From: a virus | Virus record (IMG/VR): IMGVR_UViG_3300032323_003201 | Coordinates: 1 to 64,000 of that record | Strand: one strand, 5' to 3' | DNA length: 64,000 bases | In this document: positions 19,161-29,902 of the stretch, piece after piece | How the letters are laid out: each line of letters begins with the position of its first letter | Numbering within the stretch: the stretch's first letter is position 1 | The notes under the pieces: model-generated | Seen by the model: the letters and a program-made list of their open reading frames with translations, nothing else | Told to the model about the DNA's origin: nothing | Databases searched by the model: none | Made by a program: the position numbers and the translations under genes

Positions 19161-19626
19161 GATGAAGGACAAGTTTTTAAAATTTAGAATTGCTCAGTGC
19201 CTACACCTTGCCACCATGTCCCCCTGTAGTAGGAGACAATTTGGTGCAGTGATTGTAAACCCCACCTCAAATTCGATTTTGGCAGAGGGGTACAATGGCA
19301 CACCAAGAGGACACCAGCACACACTTTGTGGCACTAGCTCTTGCCTTCGTGATTGTGTGCAAAGTGGCACAAAGCTAGAAATTGGCTGTCACCATGCAGA
19401 GGCTAATGCTTTGATGAATGCACTAAGAAATCATGCTGACATTAGGGGTGCTGTCATAATCGTAAGTGGTGAGCCTTGCCTTATGTGTGCAAAATTGATC
19501 CATCATTCAGGTATAGAGAAGGTCTACACAATACAAGGCTCATACTCTGCCAAGGATGGTGTAGACTACTTAATAGAAAACAATGTGCCAGTGCTAAAGG
19601 TCAATGCACAAGGAGAATATTTATGA
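19147..19626 (+). CDS. dCMP deaminase
   Basis: SPCSRRQFGAVIV, GYNGTPRG, HAEANA and PCLMCAK zinc motifs. Confidence 0.92.
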   Translation: MRVAKMKDKFLKFRIAQCLHLATMSPCSRRQFGAVIVNPTSNSILAEGYNGTPRGHQHTLCGTSSCLRDCVQSGTKLEIGCHHAEANALMNALRNHADIRGAVIIVSGEPCLMCAKLIHHSGIEKVYTIQGSYSAKDGVDYLIENNVPVLKVNAQGEYL

Positions 19627-21116
19627 GTGATGATTTACAAGTCTTTGCAAAGGCAGCACTTAACCTACTAAAGCAAGCCATGATAGAAAACCCAAGCGTT
19701 GACACAGAGGGGATTGCTAAGAGCTTGATTGAAAACTTGGGGGAAAAACCCACAGTCATGAGCAAGGAAATCAACCCTGCTGATATTGCAAATGTGGGGA
19801 TGATACCACCTTTAGAGATGGGTCATCGTGGCACTTTTGGCTTAACCTTTGACACACTACAAGCCATGTCTCGTGTGCCTGTTATCTCTGCTGTGATTAA
19901 CACAAGAATAAATCAAGTGTCAGAGTTTGCCAAGGCAGTCAATGAAGATGATGGTCTTGGCTTTCAAATTCGTCTCAAAGATCGTAAGGCACATGCAAGT
20001 GAAGATGATAAGCAAAATATCCTTGAGATTACAGAGTTTATAAAATCATGTGGGGATAATCGAATAACTTTTGAAACTGACTTTGAAGCCTTCCTTCGTA
20101 TGCTCGTAAGAGACTCTCTCATTTATGACCAAGCCTGCTTTGAAATCGTTCGTAACCAAGATGGCAAGGTCTGTGGCTTTCTCAATGTGGATAGTGCCAC
20201 AATAAGAAGGTCAGCTCTCACAGAGCAAGAGCGATTAGATGGTAGAAGGTCTGCTGATGGTGTGCAATTTGTGCAGGTGATGAATAACCAAATTGTGGCT
20301 CAATACAAAGCACTAGATCTATGTTGGGGTATTCGTAGACCAAGATCAGATTTACGATTTAGAGGCTATGGCTTTCCAGAGCTTGAAGAGCTTGTTAAAG
20401 TCATCACTCATATTTGTAATGCAGAAATATTTAATGCCAACAATTTCACCAATGGCATTTCTGCAAGTGGGATTATCGCAGTTAAATCAAAGATGAATCC
20501 AACTCTATTCAAAGCTTTTAGGAAAGAGTTTTACTCAATGCTTACAGGTGCAAGCAATAGTAAAAGGACACCTCTTATTCAGCTTGATCCAAGTAATAAC
20601 GAAGAGGTGCAAAGCATCAATCTAAGCAATACAAACAAGGAGATGGAATACCAAGAATGGTTGAATTATTTGCTCAAAATCACTTGTGCCATGTTCCAAA
20701 TAGACCCTGCAGAAATTGGCTTTAATTTTGGTGTAGAGGGTCAATCAAGTGCCATCTTCTCTATGGGTGTCCAAGATCGTGCAATCCTATCTAAAGAAAA
20801 GGGATTGAGGCCACTACTTAGAGCAATAGAGAGCTGGATCAATAGATACATTATTGACCAAATTGACCCTCGTTATGAGCTTACATTCATTGGTCTTGAT
20901 AGTATCCCTAAAGATAAACAGCTTGAGATGGATCTAAAAAAGATGAGCTTTATGACTCTCAATGAAATCAGAGCTAAGTATGATCTGCCACCACACCCAA
21001 TGGGTGATAAAATTGGCAATCCACTTTTTAATCCAACAGAGCAAGCTCAAGTTGGGGAACAAGTAAATGCACCTGAACAGCCTATACAACCCTCTGAAGA
21101 AAATCCTACAGAATAA
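19623..21116 (+). CDS. Portal protein
   Basis: ISAVINTRINQVSEF, FEIVRN.DG, DSATIR, GYGFPELE, FQIDPAEIGF and TLNEIRAK motifs of HK97/K-type portals. Start moved to the ATG with GGAG RBS. Confidence 0.9.
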   Translation: MSDDLQVFAKAALNLLKQAMIENPSVDTEGIAKSLIENLGEKPTVMSKEINPADIANVGMIPPLEMGHRGTFGLTFDTLQAMSRVPVISAVINTRINQVSEFAKAVNEDDGLGFQIRLKDRKAHASEDDKQNILEITEFIKSCGDNRITFETDFEAFLRMLVRDSLIYDQACFEIVRNQDGKVCGFLNVDSATIRRSALTEQERLDGRRSADGVQFVQVMNNQIVAQYKALDLCWGIRRPRSDLRFRGYGFPELEELVKVITHICNAEIFNANNFTNGISASGIIAVKSKMNPTLFKAFRKEFYSMLTGASNSKRTPLIQLDPSNNEEVQSINLSNTNKEMEYQEWLNYLLKITCAMFQIDPAEIGFNFGVEGQSSAIFSMGVQDRAILSKEKGLRPLLRAIESWINRYIIDQIDPRYELTFIGLDSIPKDKQLEMDLKKMSFMTLNEIRAKYDLPPHPMGDKIGNPLFNPTEQAQVGEQVNAPEQPIQPSEENPTE

Positions 21117-21204
21117 AAAACTTGTACATATCCCTAGCTTATCGGACATGTACAATTCATCGTATCTAAAAAACTATTAACGAATAAACCAAAGGTTTTT
21201 TATT

Positions 21205-21594
21205 ATGGCTCAAAAGTTATCCTATACAGTGCCTGCAAAGGTTAGAGCAAATGCCAAGCGTGGATTAAAATTGCGTGCTGAGACAGGTGGCAAGGGTGGC
21301 CTCACAACACAACAAGCTGGCAAGCTAAAAATAGGAAGTGGGGTAGCTCGTGCCAACTCTCTTATTCATGGCAATGTTACCTATGACACCATCAAGAGAA
21401 TGTATTCCTTTTTTTCTAGGCACAAGATTTACAAGGACAAAGGCTACCACAAGGATAGAAAAAGCAAGGCTTATATTAGCTGGCTGCTTTGGGGTGGTGA
21501 TGCAGGTTTTTCTTGGTGCAAGCGAATAATTAGAGAGTATGAGTCATCTACTGAAAAAGGTGTCTTTTTAGATATCGTGCTACAATCACTATGA
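21205..21594 (+). CDS. Basic head-module protein of unknown function
   Basis: GVARA...TIKRMYSFFSRH...WLLWGGDAG motif, which I recognise as recurrent next to phage portal/protease genes. Confidence 0.65.
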   Translation: MAQKLSYTVPAKVRANAKRGLKLRAETGGKGGLTTQQAGKLKIGSGVARANSLIHGNVTYDTIKRMYSFFSRHKIYKDKGYHKDRKSKAYISWLLWGGDAGFSWCKRIIREYESSTEKGVFLDIVLQSL

Positions 21595-21605
21595 AAAGAG
21601 GTGCT

Positions 21606-22775
21606 ATGAATAAGAGTTATTTTTCAGCATGGACAAGCATTGATTTGTCAAAGGATGATACAGCCAAGGCAGATGAAAAGCTTGGCTTTATCAAGGGTGT
21701 AGTATCATCTGAGCTTGAGGATCAAGCAGGGGATATCATCAAGCAAGATGGTCTTGATTGGACATACTTCCTTGATAAAGGCTATTTCAATTGGGAGCAT
21801 AAAGATGGGCCAGAAAACATACTTGGTTATCCTACCAAGATTTTAAAGGGTGAGTCAGATACTTCGGTTGAAGGCTATCTTTTTCTTGATAGACCCAAAG
21901 CAAAAGATGCGTATGACATGGCTAAAATCCTCAAGGATGTGCAAGCTCCTCGCTCAATTGGTTTCTCTATTGAAGGCCAAGTTATTGAGCGTGATAAAGA
22001 AAATGAGAATATTATCACAAAAGCCAAAATCTTAAATGTAAGTGTAACAGCTCACCCATGCAACCCTGATGCCAAGATGATGGTTAAGGCTCTTGCAGAT
22101 ATGGAAGACTATATGAAAAAGAAAACGACTGTACAGCCAACACTTCTCAAAACAATTGAAGAAGACGAAGCAAAAAAGAAGGCAGAAGCAGAAGCAGCAA
22201 TGGCACAAACTGAGGATGAAAAAAAGGCTTATTCATCAGACGATGATGCTACCAAATCCACAACAGAGGATACTGCTAAAAATGACGACTCCAGCACAAA
22301 AGAAGATGATCAAGGATCTAAAGCAGACGATCAAGAAGCTCAAAAAGTAGCAGAAGACGATGCTGAAAAAGGCATGGTATCAAAATCTGAAGATGATGAT
22401 GATGATATTAACAAGGCTGAAGATGATGATGAAGATGATGAAGATGACTCACTAGATGATGACTCTCTTGATGACTCTTCTCTAACAGATGATTTTTGGG
22501 ATGATGCTGATCGTAAATATGTAGACGAAGCTTTTAGTGCATTGTGGACAATGTTAGGGTCACTACAAGATCAACTCACTGCTCAGATCAAGACAAAGAG
22601 AGTAGCACAAAGACAAGCACTTGCTCAAAAGTCAATCAAGGATGCATCACCAGTATCTAGCAAAGATTTACTTGAGCGAATTGCCAAGCATTTTCCTACA
22701 ATGACACTAGATCAACAAAAACAACTCACTCGCAAAAGTGCTGATATCATCAGAGAGTATTTTGTCAAGGATTAA
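21606..22775 (+). CDS. Prohead maturation protease with acidic scaffold-like C-terminal region
   Basis: GVVSS...DQAGDII, NWEH, GFSIEG and VSVTAHPCNPDA protease motifs, followed by a long D/E-rich tail. Confidence 0.85.
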   Translation: MNKSYFSAWTSIDLSKDDTAKADEKLGFIKGVVSSELEDQAGDIIKQDGLDWTYFLDKGYFNWEHKDGPENILGYPTKILKGESDTSVEGYLFLDRPKAKDAYDMAKILKDVQAPRSIGFSIEGQVIERDKENENIITKAKILNVSVTAHPCNPDAKMMVKALADMEDYMKKKTTVQPTLLKTIEEDEAKKKAEAEAAMAQTEDEKKAYSSDDDATKSTTEDTAKNDDSSTKEDDQGSKADDQEAQKVAEDDAEKGMVSKSEDDDDDINKAEDDDEDDEDDSLDDDSLDDSSLTDDFWDDADRKYVDEAFSALWTMLGSLQDQLTAQIKTKRVAQRQALAQKSIKDASPVSSKDLLERIAKHFPTMTLDQQKQLTRKSADIIREYFVKD

Positions 22776-22778
22776 CAA

Positions 22779-23210
22779 ATGAAAAAACAGATGACCAAAG
22801 ACGCAGTGGATCAATTTTTTACCACTCTCAAAAAGAGCATCCTTTCACAAGGAGATACTGTGAAGCAAGCCACCACTCTAGCCAAGTCTGCTGACAAGGC
22901 TCTAAATGACCAAAATGCAACCATCGCAGCATTGGCAAAGACCATTGAGATTTTGACCCAAAAGGTTGAAGCTCTTAGTCAACCTAAAGCACCAGCTATT
23001 CAAAAGTCTGTGACCCATGTTGCACCTGAAGCTCACCCATTAAATGGTACAGCGATTGCTCAAGAAGAAGATGCACCTACACTTATTCAAAAAGCATTTG
23101 ATCTTTTGAAGGGTGCTGACAAGGCTAGACAATCTGAATTGACCAGAGCTATCTCTTTGCTCAATGTTGGTGGCAATCCCTCTGAAATCAAAAAGAATTA
23201 CAAGTTGTAG
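22779..23210 (+). CDS. Putative head scaffold/assembly protein
   Basis: Coiled-coil ORF between the protease and capsid genes. Confidence 0.55.
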   Translation: MKKQMTKDAVDQFFTTLKKSILSQGDTVKQATTLAKSADKALNDQNATIAALAKTIEILTQKVEALSQPKAPAIQKSVTHVAPEAHPLNGTAIAQEEDAPTLIQKAFDLLKGADKARQSELTRAISLLNVGGNPSEIKKNYKL

Positions 23211-23219
23211 GAGACACAC

Positions 23220-24716
23220 ATGTTCGGTTTACCAAATAACAATGAAATGGTTAGCATTAGCGATTTAACTCGTTTAAATGATGCAATTCGCAAGGCAACC
23301 CCTGGTTTTGCTGGTTATCAAACCCCAGCTCAAATGGGTGATGGCTCTTTATCTCCTCTTGCCACCCAAAGCATTGAGGCTAATCTTGCCACAGCTACCT
23401 TTACAAGCAAGCACCTTACCTTGTGGCAAAAACTCACCAAGACCAGTGCAAATAATTTTATCCATGAATATACCTCTGTGCTTGAAAATGGTTTAGATAC
23501 CAATCCATTCATTGCAGAAGGTGAAGGTGGCTCTGATTCACTTGGCACAAATCAATCTGTGTATGAAAGAAAGTTTGTAAAGATCAAATTCATGGCAGAA
23601 AGACGCCAAGTATCTGATATGGCCTCTATGTTGTCATTCAACATTGGTGCAAATGCAAATGCTTTGGCAGAAGAAACTGAAAGAGGCACTTTAACTCTTC
23701 TCAAAAAAATCGAAAAAGCCTTGTGGTTTGGTGATGAAGATGTAAATCCTGAAGGCTTTGATGGGATTATCAAGCAAATTGAGCGTACAAGTGGTGCGAT
23801 TGTTGATGGTCAAGGTCGTCCTTATCGTTCAAATACTTGGGATTTAGAAGGCAAAGCTCCAACTGTTCTTCTTCTTCAAGAAATCCTTGGTGAAGTATAT
23901 GGGTCTCCAAATTATGGTGAACCTGATACCATCTATGTAACACCAGCTATCTATGCCGAATTACAAAAGCAATTTAACGAACAAGGCAGATATGATATTA
24001 GCATCAGTGGCAATTCAATTGTTGCAGGTGTCAAGTCTATTTCTGTGATGGCACCATATGGTTTAGTTGATATTGTTTCTGCACCATTCCTTGAAAGATC
24101 AGAAAAACCCAATGCGATTGAAGCTGTAGGTCATGGGATTGTTGCAAGTTTCTCTACACAACCAACAGCAGCAGCTGATGCATCTAGCAAGAGCAAGTTT
24201 AAGGCAGCAGATGCAGGCTTTTATAAATATGCAGTTGTTGCAGTCAATAAACTTGGTATGACCTTGCCAATTATCTCTAATGCTGTTCAAGTATCAGCTG
24301 GGGATAAAGTAAGCATGAAGATTGCTCGCAATGGTGGAAATCCTGCAATCTCTTATCGTATCTATCGCACAGCTAAGGCAGTATCTGCTGAAGCTGTGAA
24401 TTTAGATTCTCTCAAATTTATTATGGAAGTATCTGCAAGCCAACTCGAAGGCAATACCTTTGCTGATTACAATCATTTCATGTATGGCTGTTCTCACATT
24501 GTGTTTGCAAATCATGATCCAGGTCAAATGGCTTTTGCAAAACTCATGGATTTCATGAGAAAAGATTTGGCACAAGTGTCTACAACAAGACCATTCTTGC
24601 TCATGCTTTTTGGCTCACTCATGGTAAAGACACCTAACAAGTTTTGGGTTGTTCGTAATGCTGGTGTGAACAATGCAAGTGGTGTTGCTGCTAATTATTT
24701 AAACGCAAATTTCTAA
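23220..24716 (+). CDS. Major capsid protein
   Basis: Position after the protease and scaffold, with strong AGGAG RBS. QSIEANL...LTLWQKL, FIAEGE and IEKALWFGD...FDGIIK resemble SPO1/K-type capsids. Confidence 0.88.
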   Translation: MFGLPNNNEMVSISDLTRLNDAIRKATPGFAGYQTPAQMGDGSLSPLATQSIEANLATATFTSKHLTLWQKLTKTSANNFIHEYTSVLENGLDTNPFIAEGEGGSDSLGTNQSVYERKFVKIKFMAERRQVSDMASMLSFNIGANANALAEETERGTLTLLKKIEKALWFGDEDVNPEGFDGIIKQIERTSGAIVDGQGRPYRSNTWDLEGKAPTVLLLQEILGEVYGSPNYGEPDTIYVTPAIYAELQKQFNEQGRYDISISGNSIVAGVKSISVMAPYGLVDIVSAPFLERSEKPNAIEAVGHGIVASFSTQPTAAADASSKSKFKAADAGFYKYAVVAVNKLGMTLPIISNAVQVSAGDKVSMKIARNGGNPAISYRIYRTAKAVSAEAVNLDSLKFIMEVSASQLEGNTFADYNHFMYGCSHIVFANHDPGQMAFAKLMDFMRKDLAQVSTTRPFLLMLFGSLMVKTPNKFWVVRNAGVNNASGVAANYLNANF

Positions 24717-24743
24717 GATAGTAAATTAAAGAGGCATCTCATC

Positions 24744-25055
24744 ATGTGGATATACAATAGAAGTTATACTATGGGTAGTGGGATTTTTACTGCCAAGATA
24801 AAGAATATTAAGTTTGTGTTTGAGATGCCAAGTGGTAAGGTTTTAACTAAATTTACAGCCAATGAAGAAGCCTACATTCGATTAAATCCATCTCTCTTTA
24901 CATGGTGCGAAGATAAGAGAGAGGAAGGCAAGAGAGCTGACCAAGTAGAAATTCAAGATAAGCAAGCTAATTTAATTTTAAGTATAGTAGAAGAAGAATT
25001 GAAGGTGCAGACAACACCTAAAAAGACAAGTACCAAAAAGGGTGGGAAAGCATAG
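24744..25055 (+). CDS. Hypothetical virion-module protein
   Basis: ORF with GAGG RBS after the capsid gene, with a Lys-rich tail. Confidence 0.55.
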   Translation: MWIYNRSYTMGSGIFTAKIKNIKFVFEMPSGKVLTKFTANEEAYIRLNPSLFTWCEDKREEGKRADQVEIQDKQANLILSIVEEELKVQTTPKKTSTKKGGKA

Positions 25056-25078
25056 ACCCACCACTAAGTGGAGTATCT

Positions 25079-26044
25079 ATGAGCATATTTAATTTTGTAA
25101 CCCCCCACAGACTAAGGCAGACATATTTAGGTGGGATTGATCTAACCACAGATCAAGGCTCACCCTTTAGCGATATCCTACTCACAGATGCAATTCAACA
25201 GGCTGTCTCATCACTAGAGATGGAGCTTGGGATTATCATTGACCCTTTAAGGGTTGTGGGTGAGAGGCATGATGCAAATGCTAAGGATAGAGAAACCTTT
25301 TGGCCATTCCATTTAAATTATCGTCCTGTTGTGCAAATAGATGAGGTAAGACTACAGCTAGGCAATAACCCATTCATGAAGATGCCAACGAATTGGTTTA
25401 ACATTATATCACCTGAAGCAGGTCAAGTGAATTTACTACCTACAAGCGATAGTATGGGGAGTTTCTTTTTTAGAAGTGGTATGCCTCTAGTGTTTGGGGA
25501 TGTATTCAACCCCTATGTCAATGTACCTGGATATTGGGGTGTTGATTACCTAGCAGGCTTTAGATTTGAGGAAGGGATTGCCACGATTAAGGCAAACACC
25601 TCTAGTGTGGATGTGACAATACCAGGTGCTACACTCTCAACCAAGCCAATAGTAGAATGTGAATTTACAGGCTCAAGCAATGGTGCACTCTACCCCAAAA
25701 TGAAAATAGCTGGCACAAAGGTATTTACTATAGGCGTTTCACAAGTGCCTACACAAGACACACAAATCACATGGAAGCTCACAACTGTTGAGCCTGCACT
25801 TATTAAGGCAATTTGCTTGATGGCTAGCATCTTGCCTCTTGGTGTCAGTGGTAATCTTGTTGCAGGTGCAGGGATTAGTAATTTTTCTTTGGGGGTTGAT
25901 GGTTTATCACAATCTATTAGCACAACAAAATCAGCAGATGCAGGTGCTTATAATGCCTTGATTAAGCAATACCAAGCAGAGCTTAAGGAAACAATCACAC
26001 AGCTCAAAGCCAAGTATCGTGCTATGAATATTGCAATCATTTAG
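25079..26044 (+). CDS. Head-tail adaptor/neck protein
   Basis: IQQAVSSLEMELGIII, VDYLAGF and GAGISNFSLGVDGLSQSISTTKSA resemble K/A511-type neck proteins. Synteny supports this. Confidence 0.7.
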   Translation: MSIFNFVTPHRLRQTYLGGIDLTTDQGSPFSDILLTDAIQQAVSSLEMELGIIIDPLRVVGERHDANAKDRETFWPFHLNYRPVVQIDEVRLQLGNNPFMKMPTNWFNIISPEAGQVNLLPTSDSMGSFFFRSGMPLVFGDVFNPYVNVPGYWGVDYLAGFRFEEGIATIKANTSSVDVTIPGATLSTKPIVECEFTGSSNGALYPKMKIAGTKVFTIGVSQVPTQDTQITWKLTTVEPALIKAICLMASILPLGVSGNLVAGAGISNFSLGVDGLSQSISTTKSADAGAYNALIKQYQAELKETITQLKAKYRAMNIAII

Positions 26045-26057
26045 AAAGAGATAGACC

Positions 26058-26864
26058 ATGCAACTACCACTAAATCAGATGGATCAACGCAAGAATAGAG
26101 TTGATTTCATGGACAAGCAATTTAAACAGCTTGTTGACCAAAAGGGTCAAGAGGTGCTTTGGTATCAAACTACTGAATGTCCATGTAGACAAGTTGGCAG
26201 TGAGCTAGGTTTAGATCTAGCTAGTATCTCTAGCACAGTATCATCTAGCACAGGCTTTAATAATGGGTGTCCAGTGTGCAAGGGTCAAGGGATTATTCTG
26301 CATTCCCCCCAAATCATTATGGCGATTCTTACTAGCATGGGGGGTGTGTATTCGGTCAGTGAATATGGTGTATATCGTGATGAGAAAATCAATGTGACTA
26401 CTCACCCAGAGCATTTACTAGGCTTTGGGGATAAGATTGTATTACAGCACTCTGTCATGAGATACACTGAAAGTGTGGAAATGCCTAGTAGTGGCTTAAT
26501 TGCTAGCACTCGTTATCCCATAGTCAAAAGAGCGATGACTTTATCATCGGGTGAGGTGGAAATTGGTGTACTATACCTTCAAAAAGCAAATACAAATGCT
26601 CAAGCGATTGTGGGGGGTGTACTTGTGCAGGATGAACATTTCACAATTACCATTGATGGTAAGGTTGATTTTAGTTTATCTCCTAGCACTGCACCAACCC
26701 CTAGCACACTATTCTCTATCTCTTATTTTATGCACCCTACTTACAAGATTGGTAGTTATCCTCATTCTATTAGGGATACTAAGGTAGTGTATAAGCAACC
26801 AAGTGAATTGCATACACCACTACTGACCCAAGCGACTGCATCATTGGATTTCCTAAATGTTTGA
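26058..26864 (+). CDS. Neck/head-closure protein with Zn-binding motif
   Basis: ECPC...CPVCKGQG motif, in the same position as the equivalent gene of K/A511-type phages. Confidence 0.65.
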   Translation: MQLPLNQMDQRKNRVDFMDKQFKQLVDQKGQEVLWYQTTECPCRQVGSELGLDLASISSTVSSSTGFNNGCPVCKGQGIILHSPQIIMAILTSMGGVYSVSEYGVYRDEKINVTTHPEHLLGFGDKIVLQHSVMRYTESVEMPSSGLIASTRYPIVKRAMTLSSGEVEIGVLYLQKANTNAQAIVGGVLVQDEHFTITIDGKVDFSLSPSTAPTPSTLFSISYFMHPTYKIGSYPHSIRDTKVVYKQPSELHTPLLTQATASLDFLNV

Positions 26865-27471
26865 TCTTCATTTCACTCACATACTTAGAAATGGTTTAGC
26901 TTTGTACTCTAATCAAGCAAGGTTTAACCAGCTCTTCCCCATGATTGCACCCACACTACAAGCTAAATTTTACCAGCTCTTTATGGATACTCAAGGGAAA
27001 AGGCCTATTGTGATAGACCTTGCCAATGAGGGGAAGGTGCAAGGCTTGCCAATTATTAGCGTATTACTTACAGAGCAAGCATTTGAGACACAAGGCTTAA
27101 GTGATATGAGCGATGATAGGCATCTTCACCTACTGACACTACAAACAGTGGATGTCAATATCCATGCTCAAGACCAAGATTTAGTGCGTATTCTGCATGC
27201 TATCACCCATGCTAGTTTCCTACAGTATAAATCAGCACTTTTAAGGGTTGGATATGATAATTTAAGGTTTGTGACAAGCTCAGATGTAGAGCAGGAAACA
27301 GCTTTAAAATCAGAGTCTAACTCACTTGTTAACTACAAGCGAAAGCTAAGATTTTCAGCTGTGCATCATCTTTATATACCAACAATCACCAGCCTAAATG
27401 ACCTTGAGTTGCCTATCCTTGTGCAGCTTGATCTACATGGTGGTGACATAACAACCTACAAAAAAATTTAA
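26857..27471 (+). CDS. Putative tail terminator/completion protein
   Basis: Assigned by synteny only, immediately upstream of the sheath gene. Confidence 0.5.
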   Translation: MFDLHFTHILRNGLALYSNQARFNQLFPMIAPTLQAKFYQLFMDTQGKRPIVIDLANEGKVQGLPIISVLLTEQAFETQGLSDMSDDRHLHLLTLQTVDVNIHAQDQDLVRILHAITHASFLQYKSALLRVGYDNLRFVTSSDVEQETALKSESNSLVNYKRKLRFSAVHHLYIPTITSLNDLELPILVQLDLHGGDITTYKKI

Positions 27472-27485
27472 CACAGGAGAAACAC

Positions 27486-29417
27486 ATGCCTTCATCAGTG
27501 ATTTTTCAAGGTGGCAGAAAATATAGACCAGGTGTCTATGGTGAAATCAAGACAGCTCCCACAGCCAACCCTAGCATTGCAAGTGGTGCTGTGGCTCTCG
27601 TTGGTGATTTCCCTCTCTTCCAAAAAGATAGTGTCCACACCTTTGACAACCTAGAAGCCTTTTTAGAAGCAACTGGGGGGGAATATGGCCTTGATATACT
27701 TGGACAGATTGGTTTCTCACCTAGAGCAGATTTAGGTGGCAATCCCACAAGTATTACAATCGTAAATGCTCGCAATACAACCCAAGCAAGCCACACAGTG
27801 GGTGGGTTAAAGGTAAAGGCAAGACACTATGGCACTTGTGGCAATCGTGTTTTTGTGTCCTTGGTTGCGAATGTAGATAATGCAGATCTTTATGATTTAT
27901 ATATCTCTGAGGGTGGCTCTATTGTAGAGAAGAACAAGGGGATTGGTAAGGGGAAGATTGCAAGCCTACAATACACAGGCTCTTTACTCACAGATGTTAA
28001 GCTTGTATCAAATCAAGGCTTAGATAAGTTTGCTCTCACCTTTGTGAAAAGCATTAGCTCATCAATCATCATACCAGGTACTGCAATTGCTTTGAATGAC
28101 CTTGGTGTTGTGGGTGCACTTACCTTTACACAAAGACTACTTGCCACCCCATCCCCTGTATCAATTACAATTCATGGTTTATCAGAGACAGGCTCATCAA
28201 TCACTACCACAACCACCTTGCCTGCTGGTGCAGTGGGGACAAGTGTTACTACAAGTCAAGAGTATTCTCAAATCACAAGTATTGTGCTAGATGGTGCAAG
28301 TGATTATGCAGGGTCTATTGAAATCAGTGGCTCTTTATACTCTGTCAAGCTCTCAGAGATTTCAAGCCTTAGCTCAACTCTAGTCAGTATCAACCAAGTG
28401 CATGATGACATTGTTGTGGTTTTGCCTGAGTCTATTGTCAGTGGTGTACAGCTCGATGATGTTGCAAGTGTCAGCATTTTAGGCAGTGCCTTATCTCTTA
28501 CATGTGATTGTGCCTTCCTCAAGGATTTCCTAGATGGTAGCCTTGTTTGTGAGGGTGAAATTGTCAGTGGTGCAAGACCAACAGCACAAGATTTTAGATT
28601 AGTAGGTGGGTCTTTAGGCTCACTCACAGCAAGTGATTGGCAATCTGCTCTTGATGCACTTGTGTATAAGCAAGTCAATATCGTTGTTGCATACTCAGAG
28701 GATATTGCTATCCACCAGCTTGTAAAGGCACATTGTGAAAAGGCATCTATTGAAGCTGGCCTTGAGAGAAATGCTTGGTGTGGCACAAGTGCAGGCTTAA
28801 CACTCAATCAAATCTATGCTCAATATGTGAAAGTTTTGAATGATAGAAATTGTGCAGTAGTGGGTCAATCCCCAATCGTGCTAATCAATGGGGAGAAAAA
28901 GACACTTGCACCCAAAGCACTTGCATTCTTCATGGCATGCTTTCAAGCCTCTCTTGGTGTTGCAACACCTCTTACAAGAAAGCAACCCAAGATATTTGCA
29001 ACAACTCAAGTATTTAACCCTGAAGCAGATGCAAGCCTTGCAATTCAAAAAGGCATTGTAATTCTCAATGGCCAAGATCGTGGGTTAAAAGTTGAACGAT
29101 CTATCACTACTTGGCTCAAGGATTTAAACCCCTTCTATACTGAAGTATCTGCGAATGAGAGCATCAATCTTTCTATTAGAGATTTAAGATTATTCCTTGA
29201 TACAGAGATTGGGAGCAAGTCAACAGTAGCTCAAAAGGATAATGTTCAAAGGCTTACAATCAATCGCTTGAGCTTTCAAAGAGACAGTGGCTTAATCCTA
29301 GATTTCAAGGATGTGTCAGTGCGTCAATCTGGGGATGTCATTAGCATTGTCTATGCAATGGCAGGAATTGAGCCACTCAATTTCATCACTATCACAGCTA
29401 ATGTAGGGAGAATTTAG
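27486..29417 (+). CDS. Tail sheath protein
   Basis: N-terminal RPGVY, GGSLG...DWQSALDAL and C-terminal ERSITTW...EVSANES...EPLNFITIT. Confidence 0.9.
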   Translation: MPSSVIFQGGRKYRPGVYGEIKTAPTANPSIASGAVALVGDFPLFQKDSVHTFDNLEAFLEATGGEYGLDILGQIGFSPRADLGGNPTSITIVNARNTTQASHTVGGLKVKARHYGTCGNRVFVSLVANVDNADLYDLYISEGGSIVEKNKGIGKGKIASLQYTGSLLTDVKLVSNQGLDKFALTFVKSISSSIIIPGTAIALNDLGVVGALTFTQRLLATPSPVSITIHGLSETGSSITTTTTLPAGAVGTSVTTSQEYSQITSIVLDGASDYAGSIEISGSLYSVKLSEISSLSSTLVSINQVHDDIVVVLPESIVSGVQLDDVASVSILGSALSLTCDCAFLKDFLDGSLVCEGEIVSGARPTAQDFRLVGGSLGSLTASDWQSALDALVYKQVNIVVAYSEDIAIHQLVKAHCEKASIEAGLERNAWCGTSAGLTLNQIYAQYVKVLNDRNCAVVGQSPIVLINGEKKTLAPKALAFFMACFQASLGVATPLTRKQPKIFATTQVFNPEADASLAIQKGIVILNGQDRGLKVERSITTWLKDLNPFYTEVSANESINLSIRDLRLFLDTEIGSKSTVAQKDNVQRLTINRLSFQRDSGLILDFKDVSVRQSGDVISIVYAMAGIEPLNFITITANVGRI

Positions 29418-29419
29418 TC

Positions 29420-29902
29420 ATGGTACAACCAAGAGTAATCAGTGGTGCATCTGCTATCGTCAAGCAAAATGGCAAAGCGATTGGATACTGCACCAATATC
29501 ACAGTAACAGAGAATTACACCCTTCAAAGAGTGGATGTTTTAGGCTCTATTGATAGCTATGACATTGAGCCTGTAGGTAGAACAGTGAGCTGTCAAGTGG
29601 GTTTCATGAGAGTAGTGCCAAATGGTGGGTCTGCTGCACAAGGTCTTGTTCCTAGCCACCTTGCCACAGCTACCAATCAACAAAGAACAGTCGATGTGGT
29701 TAATTTCTTTTCTCAAGGTGTGGATTTAGAATTAGCTGACTCTGCTGATTTTGGTGCAGGTCAAAAGACACGATATTTAATTAAGGGTTGCAAGCCAGAG
29801 AGCCAAAGCTTTACTGTAAATCGTCAAACTTTGATGGCAACAAATGTAAATTTCCAAGCCTTAAAGCTCATTGAAATCAAGGATGAAGAGCAATTAGGCT
29901 AA
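29420..29902 (+). CDS. Tail tube protein
   Basis: 160 aa directly after the sheath gene, with VISGA...IGYCTNITVTENY..QRVDVLGSI and C-terminal NVNFQAL. Confidence 0.85.
   Translation: MVQPRVISGASAIVKQNGKAIGYCTNITVTENYTLQRVDVLGSIDSYDIEPVGRTVSCQVGFMRVVPNGGSAAQGLVPSHLATATNQQRTVDVVNFFSQGVDLELADSADFGAGQKTRYLIKGCKPESQSFTVNRQTLMATNVNFQALKLIEIKDEEQLG
29871..29902 (+). repeat. 32-bp direct repeat, copy 1 (3' end of tail tube gene)
   Basis: TTGAAATCAAGGATGAAGAGCAATTAGGCTAA, 30/32 identical to 30352-30383. Confidence 0.9.

Noticed and set aside
22380-22510. GATGAT-rich low-complexity tract as a DNA repeat element
   Set aside because: Explained by the poly-Asp/Glu scaffold-like region of the prohead protease.
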